Shown here: in pieces, positions 43,716-58,529 of the stretch | How positions within the stretch are numbered: the stretch's first letter is position 1 | Layout of the letters: the number at the start of each line of letters is the position of its first letter | Assembly: GCA_964016885.1 (NCBI GenBank) | Contig: OZ024745.1 | Span: forward strand, 128,402,001-128,466,000 | DNA from: Eledone cirrhosa | Taxonomy: Eukaryota | Reading direction: 5' to 3' | Length of the DNA stretch: 64,000 bases | Program-made: the position numbers and the translations under genes | Notes under the pieces: generated by a model | Seen by the model: the letters and a program-made list of their open reading frames with translations, nothing else | The model's database searches: none | Told to the model about the DNA's origin: nothing

Positions 43716-43890
43716 AAGGCGCGTGGCTGAGTGGTTAGAAAATTAGATTGGCAATCAAGAGTTTGTGAGTTCGATTCCCGGACCGCGTGATGCGTTATGT
43801 CCTTGAGCAAGACACTTTATTTCACGTTGCTCTTTCTACTTGGAATAGCGACCGATAAATAGTGTTAACAATTGACGAAAGTCGATCGAC
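43716..43890 (+). mobile_element. tRNA-derived SINE head with a 3' segment shared with the 62.3 kb copy
   Basis: tggctgagtggtt A-box, gagttcgattcc B-box, ccttgagcaagacac. Confidence 0.8.
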
Positions 43891-43995
43891 TGTCGATATA
43901 TATGTATGTATGTATTTTTTTACTAAAGATATTTTAGCCTGATAGTGGGGATTAGAACCCTCTAACAACTGGAAAACGTGAGTATTGACGTACAT

Positions 43996-44092
<97 letters not shown>

Positions 44093-44113
44093 CATGTATA
44101 TATATATGTATGC

Positions 44114-44173
<60 letters not shown>

Positions 44174-44230
44174 ATACATGTATATATATGTATATATATA
44201 TGTATGCATATATATATATATATATATATA

Positions 44231-44273
<43 letters not shown>

Positions 44274-44286
44274 ATGTGTGTGTGCG

Positions 44287-44356
<70 letters not shown>

Positions 44357-44638
44357 TAACAGATTATATTTGCTCTACGGTTTTTATAAATATTTATATA
44401 TATAATCCTTATCGAGCCCTCTTTGGATTTTAGTCTTCACATTTATTATTATTTCTATATATTCATATATATATATATATATTGTTATGCTTTGGGAGGG
44501 TCACGTTGCCAATAAGAAACACACGCACCAGTCGCTTTCACTTCAATTTATTATAAATTAAATTTATAAATTTAAGAATTTATAAATTTCCGGTTGGTTG
44601 GTTGGTTGGTTCCACAACCAGACGATTGTTCATATATT

Positions 44639-44681
44639 GTCAAAGTTCTTTTGTCACACATTCTGTGACCTCTTCAGTGAC
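44639..44681 (-). ncRNA. Hammerhead (family G), G12>A variant
   Basis: Minus: gtca CTGAAGA g gtcaca-gaatg-tgtgac AAAA gaac TT tgac. Confidence 0.65.
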
Positions 44682-44928
44682 TGGGGATTCTTTTCTTTGT
44701 GTTTGTGCCTCTCCTTTGTTCTGTCCTACGTCATCTTGTTTTTGTGTGTGTTGTGTGCTTAGTTTGCTTAGTTTGCGCATGTGTTACATCCGGATGTCTG
44801 TGTGTGTTTATATTTGTTTATTTATTTGTTTATTTACATGTTACTGGTGTGTGTTTTCATTTTGTCCTTAATTGTAAGTTGTGATATTGTTATTCCATAA
44901 AGAATTTTGCTAAACAAATTCAGAAACG

Positions 44929-44974
<46 letters not shown>

Positions 44975-45700
44975 TATTTCCTTTCAGCACAATCCAACCA
45001 GCTTCAGGATCTTAATTAATGCAATGACAATTAGTGAATTCCCTTAGAGTTTATAAATTAATCTGCTGCTCATTTATTTCTACATATATTTATTGAAGTA
45101 GAAACGCGATTATTCGGTTAATTCTCAATTTGCTAATCACTATGGCAAGCTGTCGAATGTGAAAGGTCAAAATTAAGTAGATAAAAGGTGCCGAATATAA
45201 TCTTTAAAAGAGAAGATTGAGATCTAAATGAAATATGAAATCAAACATGGATGAATCAGACTTTTGTCAGGTTTTATATTTAGTGCAATTCTAAGCTTGT
45301 AACGAGGCTCAAAATTCGGAAACGAATAATAGTTCAAAGCCGAATGATACGAAACATCGGACAATGATGGAGCGGAGAAAAAACACAGGAGAAAAGGAAA
45401 TCTACTTACGTAACAGAATATATTTCATCTTCCTGGTTCACTTCTCCTTTGGCGTATTTCTTTCAATGTATTACTTATATATATATATATTTATATATAC
45501 AGTATATATATATGTGTGTGTGTGTAAGTGTGTGTGGCGTTGTGTGTGTGTGTAGTGTGCATATACATACATTTGTGTATACATGCAATCACACAAATAA
45601 ATACACACATATGTGTTGTATATGTGTGTATATATATATATATATGTATATGTATGTATGTATGTATGTATGTACATGCATACATATTATATTGTATATC

Positions 45701-45777
<77 letters not shown>

Positions 45778-45792
45778 AATATATATATATAT

Positions 45793-45930
45793 AACGAAGG
45801 AGGTGTGGTACAGAACCAGATGGACCATAACGCACCAGAGTACTCAATACTTAGGGTAGTAGAGTGGGTAATAGGGAAATGTTTAACCCCGACGGCAGAG
45901 CTCAAGCCGTTTCGACGGCTATTGTGGACT
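45793..45930 (-). mobile_element. Family D tail with the 3' half of the hammerhead
   Basis: ccccgacggcagagctcaagccgtttcgacggcta; between (TA)n tracts. Confidence 0.78.
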
Positions 45931-45975
45931 ATATATATATATATATACATACATACAAACACACACACACACACA

Positions 45976-46063
<88 letters not shown>

Positions 46064-47019
46064 TTAACTCAAGAAACAAGAATTTTGCAATTGAAGACAT
46101 TGATCTATATGTATTCTTAATATTTGTTACGTACCACTGCAAGAGAGGAAAACTGAGAATCTAGGGGAACGAGTCTAAAATACTATCAATCTTTAGTACC
46201 ACGTGATCCCAATTCCCCTTGCTTTCAAACGTAATTGATATGCAACGTAAACACAAGACCACATATTGCTGTGTAAGACAGATTATTTTATAGACCCCAG
46301 ATTAATAAGAAGCAAAATTGACTACAATGTAGTATAAAGTTAGAATGTAAAGGAAAAGAACGAATACTGCAAGGTACTTTTGTTCACCACAATATCGATT
46401 TTGACAATTCACCGCCCCAGAAATGATAATAAATCGACATTTCTCAGGTTTCTCTCAGAGGACCCCCTTCAAACCCCCCTTGATAATGGAAGGAAAATCC
46501 GAAAATATTTGAGATCATTAGAAATTGCTGTAAAGATTCCTAACGTTTGCATTGGACGTACAGTTAACTGAAATCTTCCTATGTAATTTAGTGGAACTTT
46601 CTTTATCAATTCGGAAAGATGCAATAGAAAATTAAACTGGATAGGATTTAAGGAATTGAATTCAACATTACCACAAGCTATTCAACTGAATCTACAAGTC
46701 CGTACCATTGGTTTCTAATTTTGGCCGACCCAAAGTGTCAAATTCTAACGAAAGGTGTTATCTCTTATCCATTTAATCAATCCTAATAGTTGACTTGTAG
46801 ATATTTTTATTGACCTAAGAAGAATAAAATATAAACTTGGTCCTGTGGTATATGAACTGAGAAACGTAACGGCTTTTAACTAAACACTTCCAAGACAGTT
46901 TGTCCGGCACTCTACCGATTTTGCTACCGACATGATAACGAAAATAATATGTAGGATGTTTTCTTACTACGTGAAAAGCAACAGATTTTTTTTTAGAAAA
47001 AAAGAACGAATAAAAAGGA

Positions 47020-47219
47020 NNNNNNNNNNNNNNNNNNNNNNNNNNNNNNNNNNNNNNNNNNNNNNNNNNNNNNNNNNNNNNNNNNNNNNNNNNNNNNNNN
47101 NNNNNNNNNNNNNNNNNNNNNNNNNNNNNNNNNNNNNNNNNNNNNNNNNNNNNNNNNNNNNNNNNNNNNNNNNNNNNNNNNNNNNNNNNNNNNNNNNNNN
47201 NNNNNNNNNNNNNNNNNNN
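47020..47219. other. Assembly gap (200 N)
   Basis: N run. Confidence 1.
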
Positions 47220-47899
47220 AGTGGTGGTGGTGGTGGTGGTGATGGTGGTGGTGGTAGCGGTGTTGGTGGTGGTGGTGGTGGTGGTGATGGTGGTGATTGT
47301 AGTGGCGGTGGTGTTGCTGTTGTTGTTGATCCTCTTATTATTGCTGTGGGCCTGTAAACATTACCTTCATCATCATCATCATTATTGGGGTCCATTTAAT
47401 CAACTTTCCTTTCCCCTTTGTGTCTAAATCAGAAACCATTGTTAACTTTGCCTTTCATCCTTACGGGGTCGATAAAATAAAGTACCAGTAATGTACTGCG
47501 GACGATTTAATCAACTTTCGCCTCTCTGTGTTGGCCTTGTGTCTACATGATGTATTGTTGATATTTTTTGTTTTCATATTTCACCAACAGATGGCATTAA
47601 TGTTTATCTATAGATTTACTATCCCTCTCCCTCCTCTTGCGCCTTCTCCTCCCCCTCTTCCTCTTCCTTCTTCTCCTCCTCCTCCTCCTCATTGTAGTTA
47701 CTAGTCGCTGATCGATCAAAATGCCGTGAACCTTCTGTGCTGTCATCATTTTCGTCATCGTACGCACTACACTATATATCATCATCATCACCTACAATAA
47801 CAGCAACACTACCATCTTCATTATCTTCGTCGTCGCATCATCACCGTCATCAAGAACAACAACAGCATCAACATCAACAACATCATCATCTGTAACCAC

Positions 47900-49440
47900 C
47901 ACCATGCTTAACCACCACCATCACAACCACCAACACCATCATCACCAACATCATTATCACCACCACCATTTCCACCACCACCACCACCACCATCACCACC
48001 GTCACCACCACTAAAATCATCATCACCACCACCACCACCACCATCGACACCACAACCACCACCATCACCATCACCACCGTCACCACCACCATCACCACCA
48101 TCACCACCACCACCAACACCACCACCATCACCACCACTACCGTCATCACCACCACCACCACCATCACCACCCACCACCACCACCATCACCACCACCACCA
48201 TCATCACCACCACCACCACCACCACCACCACCACCACCGCCACCACCATCACCACCACCACCTCAGCCACCACCATTACCACCATCACCACCACCACCAT
48301 CACCACCACCATCACCACCACCACCACCACCACCACCATCACCACCACCACCACCACCACCACTATCACCACCACTGCCACCATCACCACCACCACCACC
48401 ACCACCACCGCCACCACCATCACCACCATCACCACCACCACACCACCACACCACCACCACCACCACACCACCACCATCACCACCACTGCCACCATCACCA
48501 CCACCACCACCACCACCGCCACCACCATTACCACCATCACCACCACCACCATCACCACCACCATCACCACCACCACCACCACCATCACCACCACCACCAC
48601 CACCACCACCACCATCACCACCGCCACCACCACACCACCACCACCACCACCATCACCACCACCACCACCACCACCACCACCACCACCACCATCACCATCA
48701 CCACCACCACCATCACCATCACCACCACCACCACCACCACCATCACCACCACCACCACCACCACCACCACCACCACCACCACCACCATCACCATCACCAC
48801 CACCACCATCACCACCACCACCACCACCACCACCATCACCACCACTGCCACCATCACCACCACCACCACCACCACCACCGCCGCCACCATTACCACCATC
48901 ACCAACCACCACCATCACCACCACTAAAATCATCATCACCACCGTCACCACCACCATCACCACCATCACCACCACCACCAACACCACCACCATCACCACC
49001 ACTACCGTCATCACCACCACCACCACCATCACCACCACCACCACCACCATCACCACCACCACCATCATCACCACCACCACCACCACCACCACCACCGCCA
49101 CCACCATCACCACCACCACCGCCACCACCATTACCACCATCACCACCACCACCATCACCACCACCATCACCACCACCACCACCACCACCATCACCACCAC
49201 CACCACCACCACCACTATCACCACCACTGCCACCATCACCACCACCACCACCACCACCACCGCCACCACCATCACCACCATCACCACCACCACCACCACC
49301 ATCACCACCACCACCACCATCACCACCACCACCACCACCACCACCACCACCACCACCACCATCACCATCACCACCACCACCATCACCATCACCACCACCA
49401 CCACCACCATCATCACCACCAACACCACCACCACCATCAA
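47900..49440. repeat. (CAC/CAT)n array with internally duplicated blocks
   Basis: Marker ctaaaatcatcatc recurs at ~48011 and ~48924. Confidence 0.95.
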
Positions 49441-49554
49441 CACACTAATGAGTGTTTGACAACAAACACTCAATTTCATTTTAAAATATATTCATTATTC
49501 CTTGTAGAATTTTGTTGAAAGCCATCAGCAACTTTTTATCTCACCTCCCGCCAA

Positions 49555-50490
49555 CACTCTCCTCCTCTCACTCACTCTCTCATCTCTCCGTCTCCTACCC
49601 TCCCCCCTCTCTCCTCTCTCATTCTCTCATCTCTCTCTCTCACTCTTCCCCCTCTCTCTCACTCTCTCATCTCTCTCACTCTCTCTCTTTCTCTCTCCCT
49701 CTCCCTCTCTCTCTCACTCTCTCATCTCTCTCTCTCACTCTCCCCCTCTCTCTCTCACTTTCTCATCTCTCTCTCTCACTCTCCCCCCTCTCTCTCTCAC
49801 TTTCTCATCTCTCTCTCTCTCAATCTCCCCTCTCTCTCTCTCACTCTCACATCTCTCTCTCAATCTCGCCCCTCTCTCTCACCCTCTCACTCTCCCCCTC
49901 TCTCTCTCACCCTCTTATCTCTCTCTCTCACTCTCTCCATCTCTGTCTCATCTCTCTCACTCCCCCCTTCCCCACTCTCACTCTCCCCTCTCTCTCTCTC
50001 TCGCTCTCTCTTCATATATCTGCCTCCCTCTATCTCTATGTCCCTCTCTCTCTTCCTGTCTATTCTCTCCCTTACACTCTCACGTAACTACTCACACTTT
50101 TTTTAACCCAGCCAACGTAATGCACACACACACACACATACACACACACACATACATACACACACACAGGCGCACACACACATACATACACACAAACATA
50201 CACACAAACATACACACACTTTCTCTCTCTCTGTCTTTCTCTTTCCTCACGTCTAACTCTCTTTCTCTCAATCTCTCTCTCTCTGTCACACACACTCTCT
50301 CATTCTTTATCGCTATATATCTCTCTCTCTTCGTCTCACCCTCCTCCCCTTTCTCTCTCTTTTCTCTCACTCTCTCTGTCTCTCCCTTTGCCTTCCCTCA
50401 ATCTCTCCCTCTATCTCTCTCTTTCTCGCTCTCTCTATCTCTTATCTGTCTTTCTCTCAATCTCTCTCTCTATCTATCTATCTATCCCTC

Positions 50491-50523
<33 letters not shown>

Positions 50524-50761
50524 CCCCTCTCTCCTCTCTCTCTATGTATCTATCTATCCCCCTTCTCGCTCTATCTCTCTTTCTCTCAATCTCTCTATCT
50601 ATCTATATATCCCCCTTCCTCTCCCCCTCTCTCTCTCTCTCAACATTCCCTTATCTCTCTCTATAGAACAGTCTCTCTTTTTCTATTGTTTCTCTCTCAT
50701 TCTCTTGATATCTCTCTCTCCTTAACCTACTTCACTATCTCCTTCTCATTCCCTCTCTCTG

Positions 50762-50805
<44 letters not shown>

Positions 50806-51185
50806 CTCTCTCTCTCTCTCTCTTCTTCTCTATCTATCCTTCACTCACTCTCCCACCCTCTTTTCTCCCTCTCTCAATATCTCTCCTTCTCTGGATCACT
50901 ATCTCTCTCTCTCTTTCTCTCTCACTCTTCCTCTCTCACTCTCTTCTCTCCCCTCTCTCTCGCTCTTCCCCCCGTCTCGCTATCGCCCTATCTCTTTCTC
51001 TCTCTCTTCCTTCTCCTCACTCTGCCCTCCCCCCTTCCCCTCTCTCTCAATCTCCGCCCTCTCGTTCTCCCCTCTCTCACTCCCTCCCCCTCTCACTCTC
51101 TCCCCTCTCGCTCTTCCCCTCTCTCTCTCTACCACCCACCCTCAGTCCACCCCTCTCTATCCCGATCTATCATCCTCTCTCTACT
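49555..51185. repeat. Degenerate (CT)n polypyrimidine tract with a (CA)n insert
   Basis: Directly visible. Confidence 0.9.
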
Positions 51186-51360
51186 TCCTGTCTACTTCAG
51201 GCCTTAGAATCAAGGTGAGTTGTTGACACACCGTTGTTACGAAAGATCAATATACATCAATATCAGCCATTTTATTGATTGGCTGACGTCAGCCAGTCAC
51301 ATGACAACGTTTCATCACCTAAACTTCCTTCTTCTCTCAAAATTGTTTTTGTTATGGCTG

Positions 51361-51664
51361 TTGGTGGTGGTGGTGGTGGTGGTGGTGGTGGTGGTGGTGG
51401 TGGTGGTGGTGGTGGTGGTGGTGGTGGTGGTGGTGGTGGTGGTGGTGGTGGTAGTGGTGGTTGTAGTGGTGGTGGTGGTGGTGGTGGTGGTGGTGGTGGT
51501 GGTAGTGGTGGTGGTTGTAGTGGTGGTTGTAGTGGTGGTTGTAGTGGTGGTTGGTGGTGGTGGTGGTGGTGGTGGTGGTGGTGGTGGTGGTGGTGGTGGT
51601 GGTGGTGGTGGTGGTGGTGGTGGTGGTGGTGGTGGTGGTGGTGGTGGTGGTGGTGGTAGTGGTG

Positions 51665-51745
<81 letters not shown>

Positions 51746-52260
51746 ACTATAGCATTAATAGATGGTAGTGGTGGTGCCGGTTGTAGTGTTATAGATAGTA
51801 GTGGTATAGATGGTAGAAATGTTGTGGTGGTATAGATGGTAGTGATGTTGTGGTGGTAGTGATAGTAGTGGTATAGATGGTAGCAATACTTGTGGTGGTA
51901 GTGTGATGGTAGAGCTGGTAGTTGTAGTGGCAATGTTGTGGTGGTAGTGTGATGGTAGAGCTGGTAGTTGTAGTGGCAATGTTGTGGTGGTAGTGATGGT
52001 AGAAATACTTGTGGTGGTAGTATGGTGGTAGAGCTTGTAGTGATGTAGTTGTGGTATAAATGGTAGTGGTGTGTAGTGGTATAGATGGTAGTAATGGTAG
52101 TGTGGGGGGTATAGCTGGTAGTAATGCTGTGGTGGTAAGAAGTTGTGGTGGTATAGATGGTAGTAATGTTGTGGTGGTAGTGTAGTGGTAATCAAGTTGT
52201 GGTGGTATAGATGGTAGTAATGTTGTGGTGGTAGTGTAGTGGTAGAACAGGTAGTAATGG
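51361..52260. repeat. (GGT)n-(AGT)n array followed by degenerate GT-rich minisatellite
   Basis: Directly visible. Confidence 0.9.
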
Positions 52261-53733
52261 TAATTTTTACTATTGTTTATGTTAATATCCACGATGATGA
52301 TGTCCATGGTAGAGTAAATAAAATGGAATGGAGATGTTGATAATAAATGCAATGAAATATCTTTATAATTTTATCATTGGGACTGTTTAGAATATGTTTC
52401 CTGGCATCACGTTTCCTCGCTACAGGACTTATCAGTCGGTATTTAGTTTTGCTGTGAAATTGCTTTGTGGTCTTTCAGTGTAACATCACCTTCTTGTTTT
52501 GCTAAGTATTCTATCTTAACTAGGTTTGGTTTACCAACCTTGTATATCTAATCAGTTTGGTTTGAATTTTAATAATACGGATTTAATTAGATTATTGAGT
52601 GAGTGAGGAAACGACCAAAACTGTGTCAATTCTATTCGATAAGCTTCGTCTCTTAATTATATATAATATATATATAGGAAAAGATTCAGGACCCCATCGG
52701 CTGAGCTAGTTCGGATCTGGCTGTCGAAATGGCAGGAGCTCAGTCGTCGGGGTCCTGAATCTTTACATAAAAATATATATATATATGTGTGTGTCTGTGT
52801 GTGTGTGTTATACATATAATTAAATAAAAGTATATAAATAAATAAATACGTATATAACGCGCGCACACACATACCTACATGTAAATACACATATGTTCGC
52901 AGACGTACGTCAACCAATAAATGGAAAAAGATGAGTATTGACGTACATGTACGCCAATGCTCATCTTTTTCCATTTATCTGAGGGTTCTAAACCCCATTA
53001 TCAGGCTAAATTTCCTTTAGTCAAAAATACGGTGAAAGCTATTATATATATATATACGTGTGTAAATAAGATAAATGTTGTCTCTAGTTGGCCCATTGAT
53101 CAATTGTAGAGATCCATAGCTGTTTAAATAGCATTCGGCATACTTTTAATTGTGTTACATCTGACATCAATTTATTATATATCAAGAAGGTCTGTTGCAA
53201 TGCTAATGAAAAATGTTTGTATGTGTCGACAGCAATAAATAAGTTGATGTCTTGAGATTGTAGTAATTTGGTGTATCACGTAAAGTATTGTATGATACAG
53301 AAGTCACAGTACCTTATCTGTTTCTAACAACTAGTACTTTACTTAGCACAGGTCATCTAATACAGCTGGCTTTGCCTTTAGTTTTTAATTTCCAAATATA
53401 TATAGAGAAAATGGTGTGGTGTTATCTAGGTGTTATTGACGAAATAAGTTGCGTTGTTTCAGGCGAGTTTTTAATGAATTCCCTGAGAGTCCTGTATAAC
53501 TTGGGGCATCAAAATGCCGTATATCCCATGCTCATTAACATATATATATTTATATATATATATATGTGTGTGTGTGTGTATGTATATATATATAATAGTA
53601 GAACACTGGAGGGTTATATCCGTCGTAGTAGAGCACTCAGTTCATGGGACGAGTTTGGTAGAAGTGAAACAATTGTTCTCGGTAATGGTGAACTAACTTT
53701 TGTGGAACTATTTCTATATACACACACACACAT

Positions 53734-53807
<74 letters not shown>

Positions 53808-54169
53808 CCTGTGTGTGTATATATATATATATGCGCATGTTTATATGCGTGCATGTGTATGTGTGTGTGCGCATTTCTGAGTGCAGTGTGATGTGTTGAA
53901 ATGTAAAAAAAAAATGAAAGAAAAACATATATTAAATGCATTATGAAAAGCTACGTGTGAAGTATCATTAGAAGAAGCATCCACCATTATAGAGGCAGCC
54001 TATCTAAGACAGGAATCTTGCATCTGTTGCAGAGTACTGTTGACAGATCAACTACCAAGGGGCAGGGTTCACGTATGGGGAGAAGGAAGACTAGGAAAAG
54101 GAGAAGGGAAAGAGAGAAAGAAGAAGTATATGAGATTAGAAAAGAGGGAGAAATGAAAGAAGGGGAGTT

Positions 54170-54740
<571 letters not shown>

Positions 54741-54964
54741 GAAGGAAACGAAGACATGGAGTATAGGAAAGGCGTATAAGTCGGTAAATCATTCTAGTTG
54801 TCAAAGATGTAGGAGAAGGACTTTATTCCCTACCGACATTATGGGTGGTCCACCCAGAATCGGTCCTAAATGAGTTAGAGAGCGGCAGAGAGAGAAAGAA
54901 ATGTAAAACGACCAAATGAAAATTTATTAACAGACCAGAGACCTTTCACTATTTTCTATACCAC

Positions 54965-55004
<40 letters not shown>

Positions 55005-55137
55005 CGCACTCCTTTCTTTTTCTCTCTCCCTCCCTCTTTTTCTTTCTCTCTCTTTTTCTAAATCTTTCTCTCTTTTTCTTTCTCGTTTTCTCGCTTTCTC
55101 TCTTTCTCTTTCCCTTCCTTCTCCCTCTTTTTCTAAA

Positions 55138-55174
<37 letters not shown>

Positions 55175-55749
55175 CTCACTCTCTTTTTCTTTCTCTTTCT
55201 TCGTACAAACAAACACACACAAACACACACACACGCACAAACACACACACACGCACAAACACCTACACACACACACCCACACACTCTCCATTTTCCTTAA
55301 CGTAACCCTAACAAGAATATATGTCTCTAAAACTCTCACTACTCCCACCATTTATATCTTGAATGGAATTAAATGGACACCCGTCAACAATGAATGTTGC
55401 AGTTGTTGAATCAGTGGAATGGCGTCCTCTTGAAATTAATGTGTAGGTGTCTGAGCATACGAGAAACACATGCACCCATATGTAATTCTCAGGGAGATAC
55501 AGAGTGACATAGTGCGTAATAAAGCTGTCGCTTTGAATTACAGGTAGAGTCTATACGACGGGCTTCCACACAGGTTCCGTCCACCTATTTCCACCTACAG
55601 GACATGGGTTGATATATGGCTACGGTAAATGACTTACAAGATACCACGCAGTGGGACTGAACTCGGGATCTAATAGCTGCAAAGCTAACCTCTTCCCCAT
55701 TCGTCCACACGATATTCAATATTATACTCATGTATGTGTTCATGTAAAT

Positions 55750-56272
55750 CAGAGATTCTCAAAGTGGGCGCTACCCCCACCCCCGCCGGGGGGGGGGAGA
55801 AGGTCCAGGGGGCGCTGCAGCCTAGGGGGAGGTAGAGATGATATAATAGTATATTAAATATCAAATGTTACATACATACATATATATATATATATATAAA
55901 TATAGTAAAATATTAAATATATATTTATTTATGCATAGTATATATTGGCAGTATCGGTAGAGAGTCGGACGCCATGCTTTCCAGCGTAGTTACGTCCCTT
56001 TACGGTCTGAGTTGAAATCCCGCCGAGGTTAATTTTGCCTTTCATCCTTACGGGGTCGATAAAGTAAAGTACCAGTAATGTATTGGGTAATTGCTGGCCT
56101 TGTGCCAAAAGTAGAAACATTTATATTATTTATTGTATTAATTAACGATTTTATTTATTATATATTATTTACAATTTGCATGTAGGCAGGTCTTTCTGGA
56201 AATAGGGTTGGGGTGCTGAGGGTATGACATGGCCGTGAGGGGGCAGGGGCCCAAAAGGTTTGAGAACCTTTG
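55750..56272 (+). mobile_element. hAT-like MITE carrying SINE S1 (55946-56119)
   Basis: Ends cagagattctcaaa / tttgagaacctttg. Confidence 0.7.
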
Positions 56273-56501
56273 ATGTAAATGCTCATTTCAAAAGTTGCGT
56301 AAAAGAAGAAAAGGGAGCTTCCATCCCTTTTTGTTGTTATTGTTTTTTTTATATTTCCTTCACTGTTTCTCATTCCAGGCCCCTTAATTCGTTGGAAAAG
56401 GGATCGAATGGATTTTTTTTTTTTTTTTCATATCTGCTAGGTTTATTACCTAAATACCAGTCATACAGTGAGGTTTATTCAATCGACCATTACCTTTCCT
56501 C

Positions 56502-57373
56502 TAGAGGTTCTCAAACTTTTAGGCCACTCCCCCCTCCCCCGCATGGTCATGTAATACTCTCAGCGCCCCAGCCCCAACCCTATTTCCAGAAAGACCTGCC
56601 TACACGCAAATTGTAAATAATATATAATAAATAAAATCGTTAATATATATATACTAAATAATATAATATATAGTGTGTAGGCTTAGTGGTTAGAGCATTG
56701 GTCTTGCAATCAGAAGGTTGTGAGTTCGATTCTCGGACCGGGTGATGCGTTGTGTTCTTGAGCAAGACATTTTATTTCATGTTGCTCCAGTTTACTCAGC
56801 TGTAGAAATGAGTTGCGACGTCACTGGTGTCAAGCTGTATTGGTCATTGCCTTTTCTTTGGACATAATCGGTGGCGTGGAGAGAGGAGGCGGGTATACAT
56901 GCGTGACTGCTGGTCACAAACAACTTTACCCGGACTTGTACCTCGGTGCAAATCCCGTGGTCATTTGTGACCGAAGGTGGTCTTTACTCTTACTATGTAT
57001 GAATAAATATCATATATATTTTTTATTTTACTATTTATAATTGTTTCTACTTTAGGCACAAGGCCAGCAAATACCCAGTACATTACTGGTACTTTATTTT
57101 ATCGACCCCGTAAGGATGAAAGGCAAAGTTAACCTCGGCGGAATTTGAACTCAGACCATCAAGGGCCGTAACTCTTTGCTGCAAAGCATGGTGCCCGACC
57201 CTCTACCGATACTGCAATCCACCGCCCACTATATTTATATATAATATGTACCATTTGATATTCAATATGCTAATATATCATCTCTACCGCCCCTGCCCCA
57301 CCGTCCCCTGGATCCTCTCAACGCCCCCCCGCCCCCCCTCGGGAGGCGGTTGTGTCCACTTTGTGACCCTCTA
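56502..57373 (-). mobile_element. Inverted second copy of the same MITE, carrying SINE S3 (56678-56992) and SINE S1 (57038-57228)
   Basis: Ends tagaggttctcaaa / ccactttgtgaccctcta; internal segments are reverse complements of 55750-56272. Confidence 0.72.
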
Positions 57374-57701
57374 CTCCAGAAAGTCAATATAATAAATAAG
57401 CTTGAGGGATTATCCACACAGTTGATCTAACTGCAATAAATACCAACGAAATATATATCTTAGGACTCATCTTACTGTCTTAGATAAAAAAAAAAAGAAG
57501 GATACGGCTGCTAATATAGTTTGGGATTCACAATGGCTGAAAAAAGACTGGGAAGCCATGGCTGGAAAGATTTTGAATATAAGTCTGTTTTATCAATACT
57601 TGTCAGAGACTAAACAAATCAATAAATATAGATACGAGATTTGCGATTATGGATTGAATTTTTATGTTTGTTCTATAGGGGTTGACTGACTCAGCGACTG
57701 A

Positions 57702-57740
57702 CTACTACTACTACTGCTGCTACTACTACTACTACTACTG

Positions 57741-57778
<38 letters not shown>

Positions 57779-57792
57779 GCTGCGGCTGCTGT

Positions 57793-57835
<43 letters not shown>

Positions 57836-58140
57836 GCTGCGGCTGCTGTTACTACTACTACTACTGCTGCTGCTGCTACTACTACTGCTGCTGCTGCTGC
57901 TACTACTGCTACTACTACTACTGCTACTACTACTACTACTACTACTACTACTGCTACTGCTACTACTACTACTACTACTACTACTACTGCTGCTGATGCT
58001 GCTGTTGCTACTACTACTACTACTACTACTGCTGCTGCTACTACTACTACTACAGCTACTACTATTTTACTACTGCTACTACTACTACTGCTGCTGCTAC
58101 TACTACTACTACTAACACTACTACTACTACTACTACTACT
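57702..58140. repeat. (CTA/CTG)n array
   Basis: Directly visible. Confidence 0.95.
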
Positions 58141-58529
58141 ATTGTTATTCTTCTTATTCCTATAAGGGGCTGGATTGATAGAATCAGTATTTTGGGAGTA
58201 GGGGGAGGTAAATAGTTACCTGGCTGGTAAGCAGGTATACAATTTAGAAATCCACAGTTCTTTAGTGAAATCGTAATAAAACAGTCACAACCTCTATAGG
58301 AAAAACGGTTAGCCAATGAAAATAAGATGGCGCCGATGCAAAGAAAGCACAAGAACGCTCGTGCCAATTCCTGAGAATGGAGTCAGATTCCCAGTAATCA
58401 TTTGCCGATGTATGTTAAAGTATTTGTATTCCCTGCCTTAAAATTTCTATTTCAATTTTGGTCATATCTAGAATGTTTTATAGGGATATTATCAACCTCT
58501 AGTACTTGGGCGGTAACTTACTGCATTGA

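Noticed and set aside
47908-49479. 523-aa ORF and similar long ORFs (30439..31815, 61186..62169, 27397..28411, 12686..13420)
   Set aside because: Translations of stop-free microsatellites (poly-V/G/H/T/IY); no domain, codon or splice evidence
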